Below are positions 34,899 to 45,138 of a DNA stretch of 59,504 nucleotides, piece after piece. The stretch spans positions 1 through 59,504 of the forward strand of contig CAZVUK010000002.1 in NCBI GenBank assembly GCA_964630225.1. The letters run 5' to 3'. This stretch comes from an uncultured Muribaculaceae bacterium. GTDB lineage: Bacteria > Bacillota_I > Bacilli_A > RF39 > UBA660. The position numbers and the translations under genes were made by a program. Each line of letters opens with the position of its first letter. Within the stretch, counting starts at the first letter, position 1. The notes beneath the pieces are model-generated. The model was not told where the DNA came from. It saw nothing but the letters and a program-made list of their open reading frames with translations, and did not search any database.

Positions 34899-35945
34899 AT
34901 GAATGAAGGAAATAATAAATACGATAAGTTTAAAACCCCTGATTATATTAGATATGGAGGGGATGACCCTCTAGCTCAAACTAAAGAGTTAGAAAAATTT
35001 AGAAGACAACAGGATTTATATATAAGAAGTAAGAAAACAAGGGGGAAGTTTTTTAAATCTTTATTAAGTATATTAATAATTATCTTAATTATCTATATTG
35101 GTTTTTGGACCTATAAAGAATTCTTTAAGGCAATTGATCCCAATCTTCAAGTAGATAAGTCCTCTCCTCATTATGTTAATGATTTATATGCATCTGATGG
35201 TAGATTCTATGAAAAACTTCTAGATGAAAATCAAAAGAAAGCTTATATGGAGTGGCTTAATGTTATTAAAAAGGTAGAAAAAGAATTTGTTGTTAGTTAT
35301 GATTACTTTAAAGGTCAAGAAATAGATACAATGAAAGTAAATGTCGAGATGATATATAAAGTTATGTCGATGGATCATCCAGAATTATTTTATTTATCTG
35401 ATTATACTTTTTCAGGTTATGACGTATATGAAATGAAGATAACAAATAATTATATTGTTGATAGTAAAGTAATAATTGATTTTTATGAAAAAAGATTACT
35501 TAGAAAATTAGATGATTTGTATTATAAATGGAAAGATATAAAAACAGATTATGCTAAAGAAGTGGCAGTTTATAATTGGATCTCTAAAAATAAAATACCA
35601 GCTGGTGAGACGAGGATTACTAGTACGGCAACTTCGGCCCTATTAGATGGTAGAACTAATCATATAGGTGCTGCTAAAGCTAGTCAGATTTTGATGAGGA
35701 GATTAGATGTGCGCAGTGATTTAGTCTTTGGTTATTATGAATTTCCTCGTGTCTTTAATCTCGTTTATCTAGATGACGGAGTATACTATTACGATTCTGG
35801 TAGAGGAGTAGAAACAGTCGATAAAAAAGTAATTGGCCGAAAAAATGCTGGTCTAAATATCAGTGATAATGAAAAATATGGTGTATACATGATTAAACCA
35901 GATGAAAGAATGCTGGGTCAAAAGTATTTAAATGAAATAAATTAA
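34899..35945 (+). CDS. Hypothetical bitopic membrane protein (possible degenerate transglutaminase-like domain)
   Basis: ATG 34899 follows taggtga (the tracked ORF starts at 34842). TM LLSILIIILIIYIGFWTY. The segment DGRTNHIGAAKASQILMRRLDVRSDLVFGY resembles a transglutaminase core with His in place of the catalytic Cys. Confidence 0.55.
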   Translation: MNEGNNKYDKFKTPDYIRYGGDDPLAQTKELEKFRRQQDLYIRSKKTRGKFFKSLLSILIIILIIYIGFWTYKEFFKAIDPNLQVDKSSPHYVNDLYASDGRFYEKLLDENQKKAYMEWLNVIKKVEKEFVVSYDYFKGQEIDTMKVNVEMIYKVMSMDHPELFYLSDYTFSGYDVYEMKITNNYIVDSKVIIDFYEKRLLRKLDDLYYKWKDIKTDYAKEVAVYNWISKNKIPAGETRITSTATSALLDGRTNHIGAAKASQILMRRLDVRSDLVFGYYEFPRVFNLVYLDDGVYYYDSGRGVETVDKKVIGRKNAGLNISDNEKYGVYMIKPDERMLGQKYLNEIN

Positions 35946-36010
35946 AGTCAAGCTTGCTTGACTTTTTTCTTTTTTATTGTAAACTTAAAACTTGATTGGA
36001 GGCGAGTGTT

Positions 36011-37603
36011 TTGTTACAAGTTGTCGATGTAAGTTTACGTTTTGGAAAGAGAATTCTCTTCGAGGGCGTTAACGTTAAATTTTCACCAGGTAATTGCTAC
36101 GGTATTATCGGAGCAAATGGTTCTGGTAAATCAACATTTTTAAAAATACTATCGGGAGAGATAGATACAACTCACGGAGAAGTTATTATTCCTAAGGGAC
36201 AGAGAATAGCTATTTTAAAGCAGGACCATTATGAATTTGATGAAAAAAGAGTGATCGATACTGTTATCATGGGAAACGCTAGACTCTTTAAAATAATGGA
36301 AGAGAAAAATATCCTATATAGTAAGGAAGATTTTAACGATGCTGATGGGATGAAGCTGGCTGAATTGGAAGCAGAATTTTTAGAAATTAATGGTTGGGAA
36401 GCCGAAAGTGAAGCAGCAATCCTTTTAAACAATCTCGGTATCGAAGAAGAAAGTCATGAGCTTTTAATGAAGGAATTGCCAAATCCTAAAAAAGTCAAAG
36501 TATTACTGGCTCAAGCTCTATTTGGCAACCCTGACATATTACTATTAGACGAACCAACCAACCACTTAGATATCGATGCGATTAACTGGCTAGAAGAGTT
36601 TTTAATTGACTATCCCAACACGGTTATTGCTGTATCTCACGATCGACACTTTTTAAATAAAGTTTGCACTCATATTGTCGATATCGATTATAACAAGATG
36701 AAACTTTATACCGGTAATTATGATTTTTGGTATGAATCATCCCAGTTAGCAGCAAGACAGGTCAAAGAACAAAATAAGAAAAAAGAAGAAAAAATCAAAG
36801 AACTTCAAGAGTTTATTGCTCGCTTCTCGGCTAATGCATCTAAGTCAAAACAGGCGACATCGCGCAAGAAAATACTCGATAAAATCGAGCTTGAAGAGAT
36901 TGTTCCGTCATCTAGAAAATATCCATACATCGATTTTAAACCAGAAAAAGAATCTGGTAAAGAAGTCTTAGTTGTTAAAAAACTAAGCAAGACGGTCGAG
37001 GGTAAAAAGATTTTAAACAATGTTAGTTTCATTGTTCAAAAGGGAGACAAGATAGCTTTTGTCGGAAGTAACAACATTGCTAAAACGACTCTCTTTAAAA
37101 TTCTTATGGGTGAACTAGAAGCCGATAGTGGTTCTATTACCTGGGGAGCTTCGGTTCATAAGTCATATATTCCAACGGATAATACATCATATTTTTATGA
37201 TGACAGTACTATTATGCAGTGGATAGGTAATTATTACGACGTTAAAGATGAAACCATTTTAAGAGGTTTTCTTGGTAGAATGTTATTTTCGGGAGATGAA
37301 GTCTTTAAGAAAGTTCCAGTCTTATCAGGTGGAGAAAAAGCAAGATGTATGTTTTCAAAAGCGATGCTTGAATCTCCTAACTTACTTATTATGGATGAAC
37401 CAACCAACCACTTAGATTTAGAAAGTATTACCTCACTAAATAACGGTCTTATAAAGTTCTCTGGTGAAGTTCTATTCTCATCACACGACCACCAGTTTAC
37501 TCAAACAGTTGCTAATCGCATTATCGAAATAAAAGAAGAAGGAATAAATGATCGCATGGTTAGATACGATGACTATCTCGCAGAACAAAAGAAAACATCC
37601 TAA
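36011..37603 (+). CDS. ABC-F family ATPase (two ABC domains, no TM; translation-factor type)
   Basis: Two Walker A motifs (GANGSGKST, GSNNIAKTT) and two signature/Walker B sets (LLLDEPTNHLD, LIMDEPTNHLD) joined by a K/E-rich linker. The start is TTG 36011 after ttggagg, or the tracked 35996. Confidence 0.88.
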   Translation: MLQVVDVSLRFGKRILFEGVNVKFSPGNCYGIIGANGSGKSTFLKILSGEIDTTHGEVIIPKGQRIAILKQDHYEFDEKRVIDTVIMGNARLFKIMEEKNILYSKEDFNDADGMKLAELEAEFLEINGWEAESEAAILLNNLGIEEESHELLMKELPNPKKVKVLLAQALFGNPDILLLDEPTNHLDIDAINWLEEFLIDYPNTVIAVSHDRHFLNKVCTHIVDIDYNKMKLYTGNYDFWYESSQLAARQVKEQNKKKEEKIKELQEFIARFSANASKSKQATSRKKILDKIELEEIVPSSRKYPYIDFKPEKESGKEVLVVKKLSKTVEGKKILNNVSFIVQKGDKIAFVGSNNIAKTTLFKILMGELEADSGSITWGASVHKSYIPTDNTSYFYDDSTIMQWIGNYYDVKDETILRGFLGRMLFSGDEVFKKVPVLSGGEKARCMFSKAMLESPNLLIMDEPTNHLDLESITSLNNGLIKFSGEVLFSSHDHQFTQTVANRIIEIKEEGINDRMVRYDDYLAEQKKTS

Positions 37604-37618
37604 ATGGATGTCTTCTTT

Positions 37619-38134
37619 TTATTTTACATATCCGTTAGCGACGAGTCTACTATCAGTTACGACAATGAAGGCATCATGATCGTTTTCTCTAATAAACTTC
37701 TTTAACTTTTGTACACTATGATTTTTAACTTCGATAATAAGCATATCTTTTTTTACATCTTCTTTTCCTTTGACTGCAATCTGTGAAACACCATATCCTT
37801 TAGCTCTTAAAAGATGGACAAGTTCAGGGTGATCAGTAATTACTTGAACACTAGATGATCCTTTTATAAGCCTTTTGGCTAAAAATCCTCCGATATATGT
37901 GCCAAAAGCAAATCCCCCAGCATAACCGATAACGATAAAAGGACTGTTTATATTGGTATTAATAGCTTGTTTAACTATTAAAAACCAAATAGCTGCTTCA
38001 AAAAAACCGATTGTGCTTGCCAGAAAACTTTTTCCTTTGACTGTAATTACCATTCTTAAAGTTCCCAAACTGACGTCGACCATTCTAATTAAAAATATCT
38101 TTAACGAAAATAAAAGAATCGTTGATGTTGCCAT
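37619..38134 (-). CDS. UPF0316 family membrane protein (DUF5698 plus DUF2179-like C-terminus)
   Basis: RMVDVSLGTLRMVITVKGK and a following soluble C-terminal domain resemble B. subtilis YebE-type proteins. ATG at 38134. Confidence 0.65.
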   Translation of the reverse strand: MATSTILLFSLKIFLIRMVDVSLGTLRMVITVKGKSFLASTIGFFEAAIWFLIVKQAINTNINSPFIVIGYAGGFAFGTYIGGFLAKRLIKGSSSVQVITDHPELVHLLRAKGYGVSQIAVKGKEDVKKDMLIIEVKNHSVQKLKKFIRENDHDAFIVVTDSRLVANGYVK

Positions 38135-38226
38135 ATTATCACCTATCAAAATTATATATTAATTATAATAAAAGTCAATTGTTTACAAATCTATTAATAT
38201 AAAATAGAATATTAATAGGAGGACAT

Positions 38227-38769
38227 ATGAAAAAACTTAAAGATTTTTTTGTCGAATATTTTTTCTATTTTTTCATATATGCCATTTTTGGTTGGCTCTA
38301 TGAAATTATTCTATTTTTAATTGTCGATCACAAATTTATCAACAGAGGATTCTTATTTGGTCCATATCTACCTGTGTATGGTTTTGGAGCAATATTATTA
38401 ATTTATATTCTGAGGAAGAATATCGTTAAAAAAAGAAGTTTTTGGCAGCATGTCCTAAACATCATCTTTGTCTTTATCGTCGTTTTTATAATAACGACTG
38501 TTGTTGAATATATAGCTCACTATGTCCTTGATACTTATTTTGATATTATTCTTTGGGATTATAGTCATGATTATTGGAACATTAACGGAAGAGTATGTTT
38601 TGCCGCTTCCCGTAACTTTGCTATCGGTGGAACATTCCTTGCTTTGATTGTTCAACCATGGCTTTTTAACTATAGTAAGAAATATCCATATAAAAAGAGA
38701 GCCTGGATATCACTAATTCTTTTTGCGTTTGTGATTATCGACTTCATAATTAGTATTACTTATAGATAG
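38227..38769 (+). CDS. Membrane protein of the 'putative ABC-transporter type IV' (CmpB-like) family
   Basis: The N-terminal motif FFIYAIFGWLYEIILF is typical of that family. 180 aa, multi-TM. SD taggagga. Confidence 0.55.
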   Translation: MKKLKDFFVEYFFYFFIYAIFGWLYEIILFLIVDHKFINRGFLFGPYLPVYGFGAILLIYILRKNIVKKRSFWQHVLNIIFVFIVVFIITTVVEYIAHYVLDTYFDIILWDYSHDYWNINGRVCFAASRNFAIGGTFLALIVQPWLFNYSKKYPYKKRAWISLILFAFVIIDFIISITYR

Positions 38770-38805
38770 TTTCCCTAAAATATACTATAATGTAATGGGA
38801 GACTT

Positions 38806-39381
38806 ATGATTGAAGAACTAATTATAAAATTTAATATTCTAGTTAATTACTTAGCAAGTTTAGGACCGCTAGCGGGCTTTTTTCTAATTGTTTTAGAATC
38901 GATTTTGCCAATCTTACCTTTAGGTGTTTTTATCGCCATGAACGTCGAAGCGTTCGGGCCCTTTGTAGCCTATATTGTTTCGTATACGGCCACAGTCATG
39001 GGTTGTATAATTTCTTATTATGTTTTTAGATATTTTTTAGCTAAGTACTACGATAAGATAATAGCTAAAAGTGAAAAGAGGATCAAAGCTAGTAAACGAA
39101 TGAAGAAAGTTAAATTCTCTCATTTAGTTTTGCTACTATCACTTCCGTTTACACCTGCTAGTTTAGTAAATGCTTTGTGCGGAGTAAATAAAATATTGCA
39201 GCTTAAATTTATCTCAGCGATACTTATTTCAAAAATATTTACCATTTATTTTTGGGTTTTTGTGGGAAAGAACTTTATAGATAGTTTAAAAAACATCAAA
39301 GTTATGGCCCTTATTGGCTTTATGCTGGTAACAGCTTATGCATTATCTAAAATAGTAAGTAAAAAAATGGATTTAGAATAA
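38806..39381 (+). CDS. TVP38/TMEM64 (DedA-related) family membrane protein
   Basis: 191 aa, multi-TM. LESILPILPLGVFIAMN and PFTPASLVNALCG motifs. Confidence 0.65.
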   Translation: MIEELIIKFNILVNYLASLGPLAGFFLIVLESILPILPLGVFIAMNVEAFGPFVAYIVSYTATVMGCIISYYVFRYFLAKYYDKIIAKSEKRIKASKRMKKVKFSHLVLLLSLPFTPASLVNALCGVNKILQLKFISAILISKIFTIYFWVFVGKNFIDSLKNIKVMALIGFMLVTAYALSKIVSKKMDLE

Positions 39382-39390
39382 GGAGAAAAC

Positions 39391-40494
39391 ATGGAAATAG
39401 CAACTTTAGTAATTATCGCTGTTATATTATTAATTAATATAATAGTTTTAGTTAAACTTTTCATCGATAAGAAAGATGAAAAAGATACGATAGAGCGTCT
39501 TGGACGCTTTGAGTTTAACATTAGCAAGGAAATAAATAACTTTAAAACGGACTTTAACAAAAGTCTTTCAGGTGATTTCGATAAGTTAAATGAAAAGTTG
39601 GAAAACAGATTACTACAAATAAATGATCGCGTTAATGCTCGTCTTGATCAAAACTTTGAAAAGAGTAACAAGACATTTAATAATATTTTAGAAAGACTTA
39701 CTCGTATCGATGAAGCCCAAAAGAAGATTGAAACTCTTTCACATGATATCGTCTCTCTTCAAACGGTCTTAACCGATAAGAAGAGTCGTGGTATCTTTGG
39801 TGAGGTTAATTTAAAACATATCCTAAGCAGTGTCTTTGGTGAAAAAAGCGATACTATCTATCGTCTCCAATATCAACTTAAAAACGGGACGATGGTCGAT
39901 TCGATTTTATTTGCTCCCGAACCGCTTGGAACAATAGGGATTGACTCTAAGTTTCCGCTTGAAAACTATCAGCAAATGGTCGATAAAAAACTTTCGCCTG
40001 AAGCACGTAACCAATTTGAAAAAGCTTTTAAATCAGATGTAAAAAAACATATCGATGCTATTGCTAGTAAGTATATAGTGCCAGGTGAAACCAGTGATCA
40101 AGCGATCATGTTTCTCCCGGCCGAGGCTATCTTTGCCGAGCTTAATGCTTATCATCAAGATATTATCGATTACTCTTATAAGAAGAAGGTATGGATAACA
40201 TCCCCAACTACTTTGATATCGACCCTTACCGTTATTCAAATGATCCTGAAAAATATCGAAAGAGACAAATATACTTCGATTATTCATGAAGAGTTAAATA
40301 AACTTGGAATTGAATTTAGACGTTATCGTGAAAGATGGGATCATTTAGCTAAGGCTATTCAAACCGTTAATAAAGATGTCGAAAATGTTCATTTAACTAG
40401 TGAAAAAATCAGTAAAAAGTTCGAAGCTATTAGTAAAGTGGAAATCGAAGTAGAAAACGAAATAGTCGAGATTGAAAATTTAGATATAGAATGA
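39391..40494 (+). CDS. rmuC: DNA recombination protein RmuC
   Basis: N-terminal TM, a long coiled coil, and a C-terminal nuclease-like region with MFLPAEAIFAE and WITSPTTL motifs. Confidence 0.82.
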   Translation: MEIATLVIIAVILLINIIVLVKLFIDKKDEKDTIERLGRFEFNISKEINNFKTDFNKSLSGDFDKLNEKLENRLLQINDRVNARLDQNFEKSNKTFNNILERLTRIDEAQKKIETLSHDIVSLQTVLTDKKSRGIFGEVNLKHILSSVFGEKSDTIYRLQYQLKNGTMVDSILFAPEPLGTIGIDSKFPLENYQQMVDKKLSPEARNQFEKAFKSDVKKHIDAIASKYIVPGETSDQAIMFLPAEAIFAELNAYHQDIIDYSYKKKVWITSPTTLISTLTVIQMILKNIERDKYTSIIHEELNKLGIEFRRYRERWDHLAKAIQTVNKDVENVHLTSEKISKKFEAISKVEIEVENEIVEIENLDIE

Positions 40495-40541
40495 TATAAT
40501 TTTAGTGTTGAAAAAATAATTTTTCATAAAGGGAGGAAAAT

Positions 40542-41081
40542 ATGGAATTAAAAGGTTCTAAAACAGAAGAAAATTTAAAGATTGCTTTTGCAGGAGAGGC
40601 TAGTGCTCGTACTAAGTATGATTATTATGCATCTCAAGCTAAGAAAGATGGTTATGAGCAAATAGCAGCTTTTTTTGACGAAACAGCAAGAAACGAAAAG
40701 GAACATGCAAAACTTTGGTTTAAGTATCTTCATGGTGGAAGTGTTCCGGGTACTATTCAAAATTTAAACGATGCCGCTGATGGTGAAAATTATGAGTGGA
40801 CTGACATGTATAAAAAGATGGCTGCAGAAGCTCGCGAAGAAGGTTTTGAAGAAATCGCTAAAGACTTCGAAGGGGTCGCAGGAGTCGAAGCTCATCACGA
40901 AAAAAGATATAGAGCACTACTTGCTAATATCGAAGATGGAAGAGTCTTCAAAAGAGATGACGAAAGAGTTTGGCTATGCCGTAACTGTGGTCATGTTTAT
41001 GTAGGAAAAGAAGCACTAGATGAGTGCCCTGTTTGTAAACATGCTAAAAGTTATATGGAACTTAGAGCAGACAACTATTAA
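40542..41081 (+). CDS. rbr: Rubrerythrin
   Basis: Diiron four-helix motifs ([29 protein letters not shown]) plus a C-terminal rubredoxin knuckle pair CRNCGH...CPVCKH. Confidence 0.92.
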   Translation: MELKGSKTEENLKIAFAGEASARTKYDYYASQAKKDGYEQIAAFFDETARNEKEHAKLWFKYLHGGSVPGTIQNLNDAADGENYEWTDMYKKMAAEAREEGFEEIAKDFEGVAGVEAHHEKRYRALLANIEDGRVFKRDDERVWLCRNCGHVYVGKEALDECPVCKHAKSYMELRADNY

Positions 41082-41089
41082 AAACGATA

Positions 41090-41119
41090 AAGATAGTCTT
41101 AAAAAGATTATCTTTTTTT
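41090..41119 (+). terminator. Rho-independent terminator after rubrerythrin
   Basis: 11-bp stem aagatagtctt / aagattatctt (one G-U pair) with loop aaa, followed by a T-run. Confidence 0.7.
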
Positions 41120-41185
41120 CTTTATTTCCTTTAAAAATATACTTACTTATGATAATATATTTAGTATAAGGGTAGGAGGCATTAT

Positions 41186-44100
41186 ATGTTTAATAGGAAG
41201 CTCGAAAATGATAAAGGTTTTACCCTAGTAGAAATCATATCGACAGTAATTATACTATCGATAATATTATTAATTGCAGTACCTGCAATTGGAAATTTAC
41301 TAAATGGATTTAGGACAGATTATTATAAGAAATTACAAAAGACTGTTAAAACCAGTGGTCAAGATTATATAAATGATAATCGCCGACTTAGACCTTCAGG
41401 AGTTTTTGAATCCTATGTTATTACAACTAAAGTTTTAGAGACCGATAAAAAAATAGATAAAGTAGTAGACTATCGTAAGAAAGCTTGTTCTAATACAAGC
41501 TATGCGATAGTTATTAAAACGGCAGATAAAAAATATCAATATGAAAGTTGTCTTTCTTGCCCGGAAGATAGTTATACAACGACTCTTAAAGATCGTCCAT
41601 ACTGTCACCCAGCGTGGAAGAACAATGATAATATATCTATAGAATTGTCTACCCCGCCAAAAGATATTTATATTCCTATAAATGCAAATATGGCATACAT
41701 AAGAGAAAAATTAGGAATAAAGAAACAGATTGTTAAAAAAGACAGTAGTGGCAAGATTATTGCTGCTCTTACGGTTGATGATGAAGATGTTATCCTGCCA
41801 GAAAATATCAATGGTTTTGTTGGTACAACAGCTGTTTCAGGACAAGCTATTTATAATTATGGAGGAAAGACGATTCAAACGAATGTTCATATCTTCCAAA
41901 ATGAAGCACCTAAAGTTACGATGACTAACATAAGAAATGGAACTCCTTATACAGCAGGAACCTGGACTTCAGGAGTTAGAGTAATACTGGCAGCCAACGA
42001 TGAATATTTTAATATCTTAAACTTAAAGATTTCAGAATATCAAGTATATGATGTTGCGAAAGGCACTTGGACAAAAATTACTTCTTGTCCAGCGGAATCT
42101 ACTTCTTGTACGATCAACTATAATACGACGATGGTTAGAAATTACCGATATAGGATTATCGTAGCGGGAGGATCGACAAGTAAAATAACGGCAGCTTATA
42201 GCTTCAAAATAGATGCTTCAGTGCCAAATTGTAATATAAACATGATTGATGGAAGTGGCGGTGCATATACAGGTGCTTACATCAACACTAATCAAGTGAC
42301 CATTAGATACTCGGCAGATGATCCGCAGTATGAAGGACTTCCGTTAAGTAGTATGTCTAAAGCAGAACTTTATATCACTAGCTCAAATCCAAATGAACCT
42401 GTTGTTACACAGACACTTACTGCAAACGTTGCACCTTGGCGAACAATTCATACGATAACCGATGAGGGAAGCTACAGCATCATGCTGAAATGCTACGATA
42501 CTGTTGGTAACTATAATACAGCCAGCGCAAACATAAATATTTTACGCGATATATCAGTTAAGTTTTATTCGCCAACTTCGACAACCTTATATGCAACGAC
42601 AACTTATCAATATAATAAAGCCCTTGGAACTCTTCCTACGCCAGCGCGTACTGGACATACTTTCCAAGGATGGTTTACAACGCCAACAACTGGTGGAACG
42701 AAGGCGGTTGCTACGACAGTGCTTACAACAACATCTAATACTTACAGTCTATTTGCTAGATGGACCGCAAATATATATACATTAACATATAATTCAAATG
42801 GTGGAACAACCGTTACTAACCCAACTAGTTATACCTATGGTGTTGGGGTATCATCGTTTACCAACCCAACGAGGACGGGATATCGTTTTGCTGGCTGGCA
42901 TGATGGAACATCGGTTAAAGCTAGTATCACGGCAACCGATCTTGGGAACAAAACTTTAACAGCGCAGTGGACAGCTAACACCTATACCATTGTTTATAAT
43001 GGTGCTGGAAATACGTCAGGTACGATGGCTAATACGAAATGTACTTACAACGCAACTTGTACTCTTCGAGCTAATGCTTTTGTTAGAACGGGAAATAATT
43101 TCATGGGATGGTCTTTAACTAATGGAGGAGTGGTTGCTCACAACAACAGTGCCACCGTTAGTAACTTAAGTTCGACTCATAATGCAACGATCAATCTTTA
43201 TGCTATCTGGAGTCGCAGTAGTTATACAATTACATATAACTTAAACGGCGGAACTAATCCATCTACCAATCCAGGATCATATACATATGGAGATACTATT
43301 ACCTTTGCCAGTCCAACAAGAACAGGATATCGTTTTGATGGATGGTATAAAGAAGCAGCTTTTACAAATAGAGTTACGGGCATTACAGCAACAGGTACCG
43401 GAGCGGTAGTTGTCTATGCTAAATGGCTTGCCAACACTTATTTCATCGATTATGCAGCTAATGGTGCAACTAGTGGTACGATGGCTAGAACAACCTGTAC
43501 TTATGGAACTGGTTGTACCCTTCGAACTAACACTTTTGCTAGAACTGATTATCGTTTTAACAACTGGAGTTCGGGTGGTAAGACTTATGCTGATTTAGCT
43601 AACGTCACAAATCTTACAGCAACCCATAATGGAGTAATAACTATGACTGCTAACTGGGTTCAACGTGTAAATTATATATATCTTCTTCATGGATTTAGTG
43701 GAGGAACCTCCAATCTCTATGGCTTTGGAACCCAATCTATAAATATGAATGCCAATGCACCATATTATTTGGATACAGCGGGTTATGTCGATGCCACAGC
43801 TCAAGCCAATGGGTATAGCTTAGCTACTTATGTATATCCTGCAGCAGGGTGGACTTGGAGTACAAGAACGCTAATTTCTGGTCTGGCGCCAAATAAATAT
43901 AATGGTGTATACTTCACTGCTCCAGAGACACAAGAATATAGAGTAACATCATATATGTTTCCAAATGGAGGAACACGTCTTGGGACTGTAACTTGGTCGG
44001 GAAGCACTCTTTACCAAGATCAAACCTTCCAACAAGGAAGCATTTGGAAGACGGTCGATACCGGAACTAATATTACAGTCCCGGCTGTCGCGGCGGCTAG

Positions 44101-45127
44101 GACGGGTTATAGCTTCACTGGCTGGCTCGGGGAGAATGGAACAATTTACAATGCTAGCAATGTTGTAGGAATGACCGCAGCTTTAGCGGGAACAGACTTA
44201 AACTTTGTCTTTAGAGCACAATGGCTGGGTAATCCTTACACCGTTAGTTTTAATGCTAACGGCGGAACCGGAACAATGGCAGCTCTTAACTGCCGTATTG
44301 GTCAAACCTGTACTCTTCCTGCCGAAGCTTACACTAACAACTGTTATAAATTTGATGGTTGGGCAACAAGTGCCGCTGGTGCTGTTGTTTATAGTGATAG
44401 AGCGACCGTCGCTCTTACCGCAAATGTAACCCTTTATGCGAAATGGAGTGCCAACTATGTTAACAACACAACTACTTGTGCTGCTTGTAGCGTATCCTGT
44501 GGCGGCGGAACACAAACTTGTACCGTCACGAAAAAAGATACGGCAACCGGTGTTGCCTGCCCAGCAAGTTTAAATACCAGTTACTCTCAAGCTTGTAATA
44601 CACAATCGTGCTGTTCGTCAGTAACGACAAGTTATGGTGCATGGGGTGCTTGTAGTGCATCTTGTGGTGGCGGAACGCAAACAAGATCAGTAACGACAAA
44701 AAGTACATATAATGGAGCAACCTGCAGTACTTCGACGCAAAGTCAGGCATGTAACACCCAAACTTGTCTTGTCGAACCTAACGCAACAATATATGCCCAA
44801 CAGTTAACGACATGTGTAAACGGTGTTTACTTTTACACAACACAGGCGCAAAACCCATCGAGATGGATAACAACAGAAATGACAGTACACTGGGTTATAA
44901 GTGGTGCCGTGGTTGCAACCTATTACGGTGATTTAGCAGGAACGAATCCGGGAGGTTTTGGTCCATGGTATGCTTATAATTTTGGAGCACCACCACCTGC
45001 TCCAGCAACGACTAGTGGCTACTATGTAACTAGACATACGGAACTATACTTTAGGTTAAAAGGTAAAATAGCAACGACTGGAGCGGCAATTATTAACCAG
45101 TCAGGATATGGAGGATGTTCAGTATAA
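41186..45127 (+). CDS. Giant (1,313 aa) type IV pilin-like modular surface protein A: prepilin leader, pilin-like head, about 7 Listeria-Bacteroides-type repeats, 2 TSP1-like repeats, C-terminal domain
   Basis: Strong SD gggtaggagg. N-terminus MFNRKLENDKG|FTLVEIISTVIILSIILLIAVP is a class III signal with Glu+5. Seven T(G)Y.F.GW motifs. TSP1-like motifs CSVSCGGGTQTC and WGACSASCGGGTQTR. Confidence 0.85.
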   Translation: MFNRKLENDKGFTLVEIISTVIILSIILLIAVPAIGNLLNGFRTDYYKKLQKTVKTSGQDYINDNRRLRPSGVFESYVITTKVLETDKKIDKVVDYRKKACSNTSYAIVIKTADKKYQYESCLSCPEDSYTTTLKDRPYCHPAWKNNDNISIELSTPPKDIYIPINANMAYIREKLGIKKQIVKKDSSGKIIAALTVDDEDVILPENINGFVGTTAVSGQAIYNYGGKTIQTNVHIFQNEAPKVTMTNIRNGTPYTAGTWTSGVRVILAANDEYFNILNLKISEYQVYDVAKGTWTKITSCPAESTSCTINYNTTMVRNYRYRIIVAGGSTSKITAAYSFKIDASVPNCNINMIDGSGGAYTGAYINTNQVTIRYSADDPQYEGLPLSSMSKAELYITSSNPNEPVVTQTLTANVAPWRTIHTITDEGSYSIMLKCYDTVGNYNTASANINILRDISVKFYSPTSTTLYATTTYQYNKALGTLPTPARTGHTFQGWFTTPTTGGTKAVATTVLTTTSNTYSLFARWTANIYTLTYNSNGGTTVTNPTSYTYGVGVSSFTNPTRTGYRFAGWHDGTSVKASITATDLGNKTLTAQWTANTYTIVYNGAGNTSGTMANTKCTYNATCTLRANAFVRTGNNFMGWSLTNGGVVAHNNSATVSNLSSTHNATINLYAIWSRSSYTITYNLNGGTNPSTNPGSYTYGDTITFASPTRTGYRFDGWYKEAAFTNRVTGITATGTGAVVVYAKWLANTYFIDYAANGATSGTMARTTCTYGTGCTLRTNTFARTDYRFNNWSSGGKTYADLANVTNLTATHNGVITMTANWVQRVNYIYLLHGFSGGTSNLYGFGTQSINMNANAPYYLDTAGYVDATAQANGYSLATYVYPAAGWTWSTRTLISGLAPNKYNGVYFTAPETQEYRVTSYMFPNGGTRLGTVTWSGSTLYQDQTFQQGSIWKTVDTGTNITVPAVAAARTGYSFTGWLGENGTIYNASNVVGMTAALAGTDLNFVFRAQWLGNPYTVSFNANGGTGTMAALNCRIGQTCTLPAEAYTNNCYKFDGWATSAAGAVVYSDRATVALTANVTLYAKWSANYVNNTTTCAACSVSCGGGTQTCTVTKKDTATGVACPASLNTSYSQACNTQSCCSSVTTSYGAWGACSASCGGGTQTRSVTTKSTYNGATCSTSTQSQACNTQTCLVEPNATIYAQQLTTCVNGVYFYTTQAQNPSRWITTEMTVHWVISGAVVATYYGDLAGTNPGGFGPWYAYNFGAPPPAPATTSGYYVTRHTELYFRLKGKIATTGAAIINQSGYGGCSV

Positions 45128-45138
45128 TGAAAAACAAA
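43649..45138 (+). repeat. Copy 1 of a 1,490-bp perfect direct repeat (3' third of giant gene A plus the first 12 nt of the downstream gene)
   Basis: Line-by-line comparison at a constant 6,300-nt offset. Mismatches occur up to 43648/49948, identity runs from gctaactgggtt... through ...agtataatgaaaaacaaa, and the copies diverge at 45139/51439. Confidence 0.9.

Noticed and set aside
40771-41004. 77-aa + strand ORF inside rubrerythrin
   Set aside because: It is an alternative frame of a gene with unmistakable rubrerythrin motifs.
44198-44750. Antisense and alternative-frame ORFs inside the giant genes (44198-44515, 44205-44429, 44526-44750 and their twins at +6,300)
   Set aside because: They lie wholly within a strongly supported 1,300-codon frame. 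They appear twice only because the underlying DNA is duplicated, and they have no SDs.
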